A stretch of 64,000 nt of DNA from contig CAWFGO010000001.1 of assembly GCA_963815455.1 (NCBI GenBank), positions 1,216,001 to 1,280,000 on the forward strand, read 5' to 3'. The position numbers and the translations under genes are program-made. The notes below the pieces were generated by a model. The model saw only the letters and a program-made list of their open reading frames with translations. It was not told the DNA's origin and searched no databases. Position 1 is the stretch's first letter. Each line of letters starts with the position of its first letter. Source of the DNA: an uncultured Verrucomicrobiae bacterium. GTDB taxonomy: Bacteria; Verrucomicrobiota; Verrucomicrobiia; Chthoniobacterales; UBA10450. Of this stretch, positions 49,708 through 61,100 are shown one piece after another.

Positions 49708-50694
49708 ATGACAACGTCGGCTCGACTTTGGTACGGCCTGCTCGCGCTCACGCTGATATTGGCGGGGCTGCTAAAGCTGGGAGGGCCGTTGCTGGTGGCG
49801 TTTTTTTCCTATTTCGCCCTGCGCAAGCTTGTTCGGCTGACAAAGAAAAAATGGCTCGCTCTGATTCTGTTTACATTAATGGTGGCGGGACTGGCCTTTG
49901 CCGCCGTGTATTTTACCCGGGCGGCGCTTCGCGCGCTGCCGGACGTGGCTGATACGTCCATCCCAACGGCCAGCGCCTGGGCTCAAAAACGGCAGATCGA
50001 ATTGCCCTTCACCGATTTCGATAGCCTGAGGGACCTGATCGTCACGACGGTAAAGGAAGAAGCGAAGTACCTGCAAAACGTGGCCCACTTCGCCGGAAGC
50101 ACAACCGCGTTGGCGCTCTTTACGGTGATTTCGATTGTCGCGGCCTCGAGCTTGTTTTTGAAAAGCGGCCTTGATCTTGATCCGCACACTCACCTCCTAA
50201 AGAACAATCTCTATTCGGTTTTCAGCGAAGAGGTCTCCGCGCGATTCCGAGACTTCTACAACAGCTTCTCTACGGTAATGGGCGCGCAGATCATGATATC
50301 ACTGATCAATACGATCTTGACCGCAATTTTCGTCATCGCGGTCCATCTGCCCCATGGTCCCCTTATTATTGCCCTGACGTTTCTCTGCGGTCTCGTTCCC
50401 ATCGTGGGCAATTTGATCAGCAATACGGTCATCGTCTGCGTTGCCCTGACGGTGTCGCTAAACCTGGGGATTGGCGCTCTGGTGTTCCTGGTTTTGATCC
50501 ACAAGCTCGAATATTTTCTAAATAGCAAGATTATTGGGCTCCGCATTCGGAACCCGGTTTGGTTAACGCTGATTGGCTTGATTATCGGCGAAAGAATCAT
50601 GGGAATTCCCGGTCTGATCCTGGCGCCCGTGGTGTTGAACTATGTGCGGATGGAGATGTTGCAAATCGAAGTACCGCCGCCGAGGGAACAGTAA
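49708..50694 (+). CDS. AI-2E family transporter
   Basis: Multi-TM; LVPIVGN, KLEYFLNSKIIG and GIPGLILAP. Confidence 0.85.
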   Translation: MTTSARLWYGLLALTLILAGLLKLGGPLLVAFFSYFALRKLVRLTKKKWLALILFTLMVAGLAFAAVYFTRAALRALPDVADTSIPTASAWAQKRQIELPFTDFDSLRDLIVTTVKEEAKYLQNVAHFAGSTTALALFTVISIVAASSLFLKSGLDLDPHTHLLKNNLYSVFSEEVSARFRDFYNSFSTVMGAQIMISLINTILTAIFVIAVHLPHGPLIIALTFLCGLVPIVGNLISNTVIVCVALTVSLNLGIGALVFLVLIHKLEYFLNSKIIGLRIRNPVWLTLIGLIIGERIMGIPGLILAPVVLNYVRMEMLQIEVPPPREQ

Positions 50695-50808
50695 CTACGA
50701 ATAGACACGAATGGGAGGGTGTGGTGGCAGACTTGGAGGCCTTCGGGAATTTGGGTATGGCTTCGCGACGCTACGTCCATTCGTGTTCATTCGTGTTTAT
50801 TCGTCGTT
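50692..50808. repeat. Inverted repeat element (ACGAATAGACACGAAT / ATTCGTGTTCATTCGTGTTTATTCGT), family D
   Basis: Complementary tandem-unit arms in the intergenic region. Confidence 0.7.
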
Positions 50809-50814
50809 GAAACC

Positions 50815-52032
50815 ATGAAAGCGGGCTTTCTTGAGAAACTAATCGAGCGACTCGGCCGCGTGGGCCCGGAAGATGTGCAGAATTATCTCATCCGGCTGGC
50901 GCAGGAGAAAGGCTTTCTCGAAACGGTTTTCAACGCGATTCAGGAAGGAATTATCGTTACCGATTCGAAAGGGCGCATCAGCTACCTTAACGACGCGGCC
51001 TGCGAAATATTCGGGCTCGATGCCGACGACGCGGTTGGCAAACGCCTCGACGAACGGGTGCGCGGTCTGGACTGGGACGCATTGACGAAAAGCGGCGCGG
51101 CGCTCAGCCGGGACATGGAGATTTTTTATCCGGTCAACCGTTTTATCAATTTTTACGTGGTTCCATTGCTGATCGAGCAGCGAGACACAGCGGAGACGCG
51201 CTACGGCGAGCAGGTGGGCCACGCCATGATCCTGCGGGACATCACAGAAAGCCGACGCACCGCGCAGCAGACGATCGAGTCGGAGCGACTAAATGCGCTG
51301 ACGTTACTCGCCGCCGGCGTAGCCCACGAAATAGGCAATCCGCTAAATTCGCTTCACATTCATTTGCAGTTGATGGAGCGACAGGCGCATAAACTGGATG
51401 GCGCGGCCCGGGAAGAATTCGAGGAATCCATCGACATCGCCCGCGCTGAAGTGACGCGGCTCGATTCGATTGTAACGCAATTCCTCCGCGCGATCCGGCC
51501 TTCAAGACCCCAGTTGCATCCGGAGAATTTGAACGCTTTGGTCGACGAATCCGTCCGTTTTTTTGCGCCCGAGATAATGGACCGAAACATTGTAGTCGAA
51601 CAGGAATTGCGTTCCGATTTGCCGCTTCTCCAACTGGATCGCGACCAGATGAAGCAGGCGTTTTACAACGTGATCAAGAACAGCTTGGAGGCGATGAAAC
51701 GCCGAGGCGTGCTGCGCATTCGCACGGATATGGACGACACCCACGTGCTAGTTAGTTTTATCGACACCGGCGGCGGAATGTCCGCGGAAAATTTGAGCCG
51801 CGTGTATGAGGCATACTTTACCACGAAACCATCTGGAACCGGCCTCGGGCTGTTGATCGTGCGACGCATCGTTCGCGAACACGGCGGGGAGCTCTCCATC
51901 GAGAGCAGCGAGGGCAAAGGCTTTACTCTCACGATACGCCTGCCTTACATCGACAGACGTGTCAGAATGCTGGAAGCGGGGAGCGCAGGAAGTCCGAAAA
52001 TGGAAGGGACTGAACGGGCCGACGGCGCTTAG
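50815..52032 (+). CDS. PAS-domain sensor histidine kinase (NtrB-like)
   Basis: AHEIGNPL, NVIKNS, DTGGG and YFTTKPSGTGLGL. Confidence 0.9.
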   Translation: MKAGFLEKLIERLGRVGPEDVQNYLIRLAQEKGFLETVFNAIQEGIIVTDSKGRISYLNDAACEIFGLDADDAVGKRLDERVRGLDWDALTKSGAALSRDMEIFYPVNRFINFYVVPLLIEQRDTAETRYGEQVGHAMILRDITESRRTAQQTIESERLNALTLLAAGVAHEIGNPLNSLHIHLQLMERQAHKLDGAAREEFEESIDIARAEVTRLDSIVTQFLRAIRPSRPQLHPENLNALVDESVRFFAPEIMDRNIVVEQELRSDLPLLQLDRDQMKQAFYNVIKNSLEAMKRRGVLRIRTDMDDTHVLVSFIDTGGGMSAENLSRVYEAYFTTKPSGTGLGLLIVRRIVREHGGELSIESSEGKGFTLTIRLPYIDRRVRMLEAGSAGSPKMEGTERADGA

Positions 52033-52081
52033 CTACTGCTCACACTCGCGAGCCCGGTTGACGCGAACACGGCCCACAACC

Positions 52082-52110
52082 CGCAGCCGGGGTCAAGGAC
52101 CCCGGCTACA
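52082..52110. repeat. Short REP-like hairpin or terminator between convergent genes
   Basis: AGCCGGGGTC-AAG-GACCCCGGCT followed by ACA (TGTAG end on the minus strand). Confidence 0.55.
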
Positions 52111-52133
52111 GGGATAAAGACTGCAAAACGGGA

Positions 52134-55100
52134 CTAGGGAATCTTGGATTTTACCAGCGTAACATCGGAGGCGTTAACGACCCCGTTAGCATTCACGTCG
52201 GTGCGGAAGTTGGATCCATCGATGGCCTCTCCCAGCTGAGATTTCACCATGGTCACGTCGGACGAATTGACCACGTCGTTGCCGGTCACATCGCCGATAC
52301 GGAGGTGCATTCGCACGCCTACGTCGCTGATGTTCGAGCCGTTATCGGTGTCGAACAACGCAACGGTGATCGTCTGCACGTCGGTTACGCCGCTAAGATT
52401 AATCGTTACGATGGTACTGGGCGATCCGTCGACGACGAGCGGGCTGCTAGTCACGCTGTCGACCATGCCGGTGCCCGAAGTCACCGCCGCGCCGCTAAAG
52501 GTGACCGTGTCTTCGAAAGTCAGCACGATCTTATAAAGATTAGTCGCTGCTCCGGTACCGCGGCTTTCAATGCCGACCGCGCCCATCAGTGGCAGAGAGA
52601 CATCGAAGTCACCTGCGCCCCCGTGAGTCTTGCGCGAAGCGGCCATGCTGGGATGAACGCCGGGCGCGAGCTCGATCGCGCCGATATCGCTCCCGTCACC
52701 GCCAGCGGCGTTCATGACGGCCGGATCATCAACCGGCCGAGCGAATCCGCGCTGGTCCTCGCCAGTGGCGGTGTAAGCCGGGCCGAACGGACCAATGTCC
52801 TTGCCCTGGTCAATCGCCGGGCTATTGACGAGCGGTGCGTGGGTGAATGTCGGGCCGCCATTGTACTTCAGCGGACCAAGCATCGGGTCGGTATTGATCT
52901 GATCACCGGTTCCAGTGAGGAATCCGCCAAAGTTGTCGCTGCTCAGGTTGAAGCCGAGCGAGCTGACCAGGCTGGTGCCGAGGGCGGAAATGTTCGTCCC
53001 CGAGGCACCGGTGTTGAAGATCGTGTTGCCGACGATCAACGACGCATCCTGGAGGAGGATTGCCGCGCCGCCAGGCGAGTTTTCGGTCAGGGTGCTGTTC
53101 GTGATCGTGACGTTGGCCGTACCGCTGGTGCCAATGGCATTCAGCGCACCACCGCTCGCAGCAGTGTTGCCGCTCAATGTGCTGTTGGTAATGGTCAGCG
53201 TCGCCGGATCCGCTACCGAACCCGGGGCGTCCACATTGGTGGCGTTGACCTGGGCCGCCCGGCTCATTCCGGCAATGGTGCATCCGGTCACGTGCGCGGT
53301 CGCCAACGGGCCGATGACTTCGACGCCATTAGCTCCTACGCCGCTGATCGCGCTACCTGTGACTTCAGCCGTGCTCGAGACATCGGCCGCGGCTGTGCGC
53401 GAATTTTGAACCTTCACTCCGGTCCCGGATTCGACGTTAATCGGCATTCCGTTAACTCTAACCGCGATGGCGTTGGCAGCGCCGGTATACGCGTTGCTGG
53501 TCAGATCAGTCGTACCCACCGGGTTGACCGTCAGGTTGTCGGTAAGATAAACGCCGGCAATCTTGGTCCCGCTCATCGCATTCGTATCATCCAAGGTGAT
53601 TACGTTGCTGGTCGACGTATTGGTCAATTCGATGCCATAGTCGGTGTCGTCGACCGAGTTGTTAGTCAGAGTCGGGCTCACGCCGTTCTGGACGGTCACG
53701 AACGACATGCCGAAGTTGTTTGGCACGGCGCCGGTCTCAGCGGTGACCGAGTTGTTATCGATCAATGCACTGGTGGCGCTATTGAAGTGCAGCCAGTAGA
53801 GAATGCCTCCGGCATAACTGTGGATCTCGTTCCCCGAGATCACCCAGCTGGCCGAACCTTCGCCCGCCGCCGGGGGAATCGCCGCCGAGAAGTTATTCGT
53901 GTGCACGCCAGTCCAGACGCGAGTCATCAGGTTATCAACGACATCCGCGTAGTAACCCGTGCGCAGCGAGACGGCATACCCGAAGTCATAGAAGCCGACA
54001 CTGTCGAACCAGTTCTCGGCTACCAGGTTGGCAAATGACAACCCATCGCCGCGGAAGCCAATGGCCACCCGGGTGATAATGTTGTCGCGGACAACGACGT
54101 GGTGGAAGGCGCCAACTGGCCGCACGCCGTAGCTGGCGTTGGTATCTTCGCCACTTTCCAGAGTTGTTCCGACAAAGCCCGGATCGTCGCCATCGATTTC
54201 GAACCCGTTAATCGTGACATTCGGCATCGAAACCGTGAACACCGCGGTCTGCGCCGCGCCAACTGTGCGCACATATGCCTCGGCCACTCGCGAACCGCTG
54301 CTGCCGGGGATTCCGGCGTTCGGTCCCATAATATTCAACTCCTTGTTCACGTTCGGATTTTCGAAGTAATTACCCGCGTAAACAATCACTGTGCCCGGAT
54401 TAGCGACGCCATTGATACCATCCTGGATCGTGGCAAAAGCGTCGTAACCGATTTCCGTCGCGGGCCCACCAGCATCGGGGTCGACTCCGTTAGGCAAGCC
54501 GGTCCAATCGTCGTCTACGTAGACAATCGCAGCCGGCGGCCGTGCTTCACGCGTTACTACAACCGTGTAGGTCTTGGTGGTCATCGGCGCATGGATGCCC
54601 ATCTCGTCCTGAGCGGATACAACCACCGTGATCGTGTTCATGCCCACGCTGAGATTGATCGGATCACTCGGGGTGCCCGATGCGACCGGCGTTCCGTTAA
54701 CCGTCACCGTTGCCGTCGGGTCCTGGACTGTCGGCGTGACGGTGGTGTTCATGGTCGAGAACGGCACTGTCAGCGTGTAATCGGTCGTGTCTGGATCGAA
54801 CGCGGGCATGATCGCGCCGGCGCTCAGGACCAGGTTCGACAAGTTTGCATTCGAGCTTGGGGCGCGGGTAACGACGACCGTGTAGGTCTTCATGTTGCCG
54901 GCCGGCGCGGTGACAACCGTCGTGATGGTGTTCATCCCAACGTTCAGCGGGATTGGGGCGCTTGCCATACCCGAGGCGACTGGATCGCCGTTGACCGTGA
55001 TCGTAGCATTCGCGTCCGCCGCAGTCGGCGTTTCTGTAATGCTCGTAGTCGAATTCGGGACGCTTGCTGTGTAGCTCGTTATTGCCGGATCGAAGTCCGG

Positions 55101-58100
55101 CGATAACATGCCGTCGCTCAATGTCAGGTTCGACAAATCCGCATTGGTGCTGGCCGCACGGGTGACCGTGACCGTGTAGGTCTTCATCGTAGTACCATCC
55201 TGGGCGGTGACGACCGTGGTAATGGCATTCGGACCCACCGCCAGCGGGATCGAGCCGCTTGGGGTGCCGGATACGACCGGGTTCCCGTTGACGGTTATGG
55301 TCGAGGTGGAGTCGGCCGAGGTTGGAGTTTCAGTAATGCTGGTCGTCGAATTCGGGACCATTGCCGTGTAGCTCGTTATTGCCGGATCGAAGTCCGGTGA
55401 CAACATGCCGTCGCTCAATGTCAGGTTCGAGAGATCGGCGTTGAAGGCCAGCGCCATACCTCCGAATTCATCCGCACCGACGTCAGGCGCAGTGCCTGTT
55501 CCGGCATAGCCCGGGTTGCCCTGACGGATGTCATTATCGTAGTCGTCTGTAATGCCCGCCACGTTAGCCGCCATGCTTTCCAAATGGGTCGCCGTCGCCG
55601 AATTGATGTGCAGGAAGGTTGGGTCCGAACCAGTTGTGCTAAGGAACGGCGGATTCTCCGTGAACGAGGCCGAATCGCGAGAAGCGACCCGAGCCCGGTA
55701 AGCCTGGATGGTCTGATCGGAATTGGTTCCGTCAAAGAAGACGAGGTGCGAAGCACTCGGCGTCCCGGCGTAGAAGTCGTTGTTATTGGAGGTCGGCCCG
55801 TAGTTGGTCAGAGTCGCATTGCTTCTGCGATAGGCTGCTGCTACGCCCGTGCCATTAGCAATGGAGTTGTTCACAACGACGTTGTTGCGCAGATTCAACG
55901 CCGCCGTTGTCGCCGTGCCGCTGGTGGTATGGAAGATCCCCGACGTCGAGAAGTTCGCTCCTCCCATCGCCGCGCTCAGATAAATCGTGTTATAAGACAC
56001 GTTGAGGGTCGACGTCGATGTTGTTGAGGTCAGGTTGATTCCTCTGATCGCATCCGTCGCACTGCTGGTAGACGGAGCCCTCAAATCTCCGATCAGATTG
56101 TCGTAGATATTGAACGTCGTCCCCGAGGAAACGAGAATTCCGTTCACCGTTGCGGTGGCGCCATTCGACTGTAGATCGTAGATCTTGTTCTTGAAGATAT
56201 TCTGGGTCGTCGCCCCGGTCATCTGAATGCCAGTCACCACCGCGGCAGCTCCCGTAGAGGAGAGCCCGCTCACGCTGTTGTTGAAGAAGTTCTGGTTCTG
56301 GCCATCGGAGAAGATGGCCGAGATGCTTCCGGCGCCGCTGATGTTGCTGATGGCATTCCCGCTCACGTTGTTAGCAGCGAACGTGTTGTCGCTAAATCCA
56401 ACGTATAGGATCGATGAAATCGCGCTCGTCCCGCCAGTAATATTGCTGAAGGTGTTGTTGGTAATCGTCTTTCTCGATCCCGGCGTGGTTCCATCGGCGC
56501 TTCTCCATCCGGCGATGCTGGTCGCCCCCGTGAAGGTCATGTTGGAGAAATTGTTCCCGGTGTTTGTCTCTGTGACTGTCGAACCCGACGATCCAAACGC
56601 GTTATAAAACAGCACGGTCCCGCCAACTCCAGTTTTGCTGTAGCCGGTCACAATCGAGTTGTTATTGACGTTGTGAGTCGAATTCGCCGCGTGAGTAACG
56701 CTGTTACCGATCATCGTCACGCTGCCGGTCGTATTCGCGGTAATGTTGGTGATGGTGTTGTTGTTAATGTTCGTCGAACCGGTGAACACCTGGTTGTTCA
56801 GGTAATTATGCGATCCCGACCCAGTGACGTTTTGCACAAAGCCCCTCACATCATTACCCGACATCGTTAGCGTCGCGGTTGCAGCTCCGGCGGCGTTAAC
56901 CAAACCGAAGAAGGCGCCGCTCGACGCCGCACTGTAGGTAAAGGAGTTCGACGTTGCGGTGCCGATGTGGTTGTTGTTCATGTTGATCGCAACACCCACT
57001 GTGGCGGCCTGCTGAACCAGACCCGCCGCCTGGCCTGACGATACGAGCGAGAACCGGCGGATATTATTTCCGTTCATGTTCACCGTCGCGGTCGCTGCAC
57101 CGGCCGTGTTGGTGATAGCGGAAATGCCGCCCGTCGTGGCCGCGGAGAACGTTGCAGCGTTGACCGTCTCAGTCCCGACATCGTTGTTGAGGATATTCAC
57201 CGTATTGACCACAGCGCCCTGATTGGTCACACCGACAAATCCACCAGTAGTGGCAGCGGAGGTATTGCCGCTGACCTCGTTGTTGTTCATGTTCAGGGTT
57301 CCGTAAGGACCGAGGTTGGCCACGCCGAAAATCGTGACCGCGCCCGCGGTCGTAACGGCATTGTTGACAGCCTTATTGCTGTTCAGATTCATCGTCACGT
57401 TGCTCATCGCCCCCGCAGTCGCCGCGGTAGTGATACACTGCATGCCTCCCGCGCCCGCCTGAGTGAACGTAACGGTATTATTGATGACGTTGTTGGTGAT
57501 CGCCCCGACTGGAACCGCGCCGTAGTCGGTCAGAATACCTCGCAATGCCGTAGCCGTATTGAGGCTCGCGCTGATGAACGAGTTATTCGACACGTTGTAG
57601 TTGTTCTCATTCAGAACATACGCGCCGCCGACGATCGTAGTCGGATAGCCCACGTATGCTGTCGCCGCCGGGAGCCCACCGTAATTACTAACGGCGTTGC
57701 CGGTTGCCACCGAGGGACTGTCGATGACGACTGGCCCACCGATATCGTTGCCGACGTCCATGTTGGCCGCTGTCGCCGAGCCGATAAAGATGATGCCGTG
57801 GGCAACATTACTGATCCCGTTGGTATAAACTTTGTTACCGCTAGCCGGACCAGTCGTGTTGTTCGTTACTTCTTCCGCTACCGTAATGTTGGTCGCGCTG
57901 TGACGATTGTTGCTGTAAACGCCGAAGGTGTTCCCGTAGATCTTGTTCAGCGAGATCGTGTTGTTCTGGATCGTGTTGTTCTGCGAACCTTGTGTCAAAG
58001 ACGCGTGAAGCAACGCAACGCCCCATTCGGTCATGTTGTTTGACGCCGGCGTTGTCACGGTGTTGGCCGGGTTTTCCTGCATCGTGAAGTTCTGCAGAGT

Positions 58101-61100
58101 GATCCAGTTGCCGCCGATCAGCTTGAAGATGGCGTCATTCAATGCGCCCGCTACAAGAACGGGCGAGGCAGTAATCGTGCTCGCGTTGCCCTGAATTGTG
58201 ATCGTGTTGGCCGCCGTCCCGCCCTGTTGGGTGATGGCGTAACCGCCGGCGGGAGCTGTTTCGTTTCCGTTCAGCGTAATCACCACTGGATCGGTAATTG
58301 TCGCGGCGTTCAATGCGGTGATCGCGTCGGCTAAACTCGCGTAATCCGGCGCCAGGCCCGAGGCGCCATTGGTTGTTACCGGTCCCGCACGGTGGACCGT
58401 GACCGTATAGGTCTTCATGGTCGTGGTGTCCGCAGCGGTAACAACGGTCGTAATTACGTTATCGCCCACGGCCAGAGCGATCGGATCGCTGGCGTTGCCG
58501 GACACAATCGGGCTGCCGTTAACAGTGATCGTCGCGCCTGCATCTTGCGCGGTCGGCGTAACCGTCGTGCTGGTCGTCGCGTTCGGTACGGTCAGCGTGT
58601 AGCTGATCGTGTCGGGGTCGAACACGGGCATGATCGCACCGGCGCTCAAGACCAAGTCCGATAGATTGGCGTTCGAACTAACCGCGGTCGCACGAGTGAC
58701 GTCAACCGTATAGGTCTTTGTCGTTTGCGGCGTGCGAATGCCCATCTCATCCTGGGCTGACACTACGATGCTGATCATGTTGCTGCCCACGGCGAGATTG
58801 ATCGGGTCGCTCGCCATGCCGGAAACGACCGGCATTCCATTAATCGTCACGGTGGCCGTCGGATCCTGCACGGTTGGAGTCACGGTAATGCTCGAGGTCG
58901 AGTTTGGTACGCTCGCCGCATAACTTGTGGTGTTTGGATCAAACGCCGGCACCAGGGTCCCATCACTCAGAACCAAACTCGAAAGGTTTGCATTCGAACT
59001 CGGCGCGCGCGTGACGGTGACCGTGTAAACTTTCATCGTCGTCGTGTCCTGCGCCGTCACTTTTACGTCCACGGTGTTCATCCCGACGTTCAAAGCGAGT
59101 GCGCCGCTGGTTCCACCGGAGGGGACCGGACTGTACATCCCGCCGTTCACCCGAACCTGAATCGTGGCGTTTGGATCAGCCGCAGTGGGCGTAACCGTCG
59201 TACTCGTCGTGGCATTAGGCACGCTTAGTGTGTAGCTGGTCGTGGCCGGATCGAACGGGGGCGAGAAGGCGCCTGCGCTCAACATCAGGTCGGAGAGGTC
59301 GGCGTTCGCGCTCGCGAGCCGGGTGACGACCACTGTGTAGGTATTCGGTGTCCCCGCATTGGGCTGATCGGCCGAGAACGGTCCGAACTCAGGCGTCACC
59401 ACCACGGTGACGGTATTCATGCCCACATTGAGCGGAATAGGATCGCTGGCCATCCCCGAGGGCACGGGATTGCCGTTGACTGTGACTGAAGCGTTCGAAT
59501 CCTGGACTGTCGGGGTGAATGTGATGCTGTTGGTCGCATTCGATACTGTCTCCGTGTAGCTGGTTATGTCAGGATCGAATGTCTCGTTAAGCGAGCCCAT
59601 TCCGGGCACCAGGTTGGAAAGCTTGTTCGACGCAATTTCGTCCGCGCCTATATCCGGCTTCATTGCGCTGCGGCTATTGCCATCGATGTCAGTCGTGACA
59701 GAGCCGATTGGCGTGCCCGCGTTGGCGGCAGCTACACTATGTGAACTCAAGTGTAGGTCTGTATTGCTTACAAATGGCGCCGCTGTCGTAGTTGCAAGTG
59801 AAGCGTTATCGTTGGTGCCTGCGGCGGAAAGAGTGCTGGAATAGCTGCGGAAGTTGGTCGGGGGCACTACGGCGCCAGGGTTGAAGTTAACCGCGGCGAA
59901 ATCTCCCGACCCGCTCGTGGTGCCTACAACAGCCATTCTGCAGTTCGCGTCGGTCCCTTCGTAATACGCATTATTATTGAGGGTAAGGTTCATTGCGCTC
60001 GTTCCACTCGACGGCAGATTAATTGCAACAAACCTGGTATTACCGCCGCTGGCTCCACCGGTCATTTGGTTCGACAGAACGTTGTCCCGAACATCGCAGC
60101 CGGTCACGGACGTGGCGCTAACCGCCAGGGCTATTGTCATGTTGGTGCTGACCGTACCACCCATGGCTCCGTAAAGATGGACAGAATTACTGTGGACCTG
60201 GTGCCCGGTCCCAGCGTTTAGCCGGATCCCTGATGCACCAAAGCTTGGCCCGAATGCACCTGTTCCTGCGGTTTGATCGTTCTTAACGTTCGCTACGAAA
60301 TTATTGCGAACGATATTGTTGTTGCCGCCGTTGAGGTTGATGCCGACCGCGGGCCAGCTGGCCGTGTTCGTATTGAGGATATTTTGAACATTGTTCTTTT
60401 CAATGGTGATGCCGCCGGTCGTGCCGCTTACCGAAATTCCGCACACCAAAGAGGTCGAACTACTGCCGCCGGACGACATGTTCATCACGGAATTTCCGCT
60501 GATAATGTCGGCGGAATTTGCAATCGTTGACGTGACGTTGATGCCGACGGGCGAAACTGTGCTGGTGCCCGTGTAATTCAACGCCGAGAGGGTGTTCCCC
60601 GATACCGTCGCGTTAATTGTCCCCGTTGCCAGCCAGATCCCAACATCGTTTTCGGCGGTCGCCGCCTCGAAATTGCCGACAGTGTTGTTGCTGACGGTAG
60701 CTCCATTCACGCCCTGCATGTACAGACCGACGTTCCGAATGGCATTCGCGCCGCTCGTATTAAGCGTATTCTGCGTGTAGACAAGATTCGATCCGCCTTG
60801 CGGGGTCGTGCCGCCGGTGGCAAAGACGCCAACGAACGCTTTTTGAACGTCGTTGTTCTGAATCGTGATGTTGGAGAAGAACCCGGCATTTCCCAGGGTC
60901 GTGCCATCCGAAATGACGACGGCGGAGCTCGTCTGCGCCCCGTTGACGATGATGCAATTCTTAAGGGTATCGTCCGTGACTGGCGTTGTCCCGGTTGACC
61001 CGAACAACACAACGCTCGGAGAAGTTGTATTGGTGTTCGTAATCGTGAGGCTGCGGTCTGATCCGCCAACCATGTTAGATCCGTCTATGGTGCAATAACT

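Noticed and set aside
52305..55106. Long plus-strand ORFs (577 aa and 335 aa) and similar antisense ORFs elsewhere, e.g. 9055-10257
   Set aside because: Shadow frames of strongly supported genes in GC-rich DNA, with no recognisable motifs.
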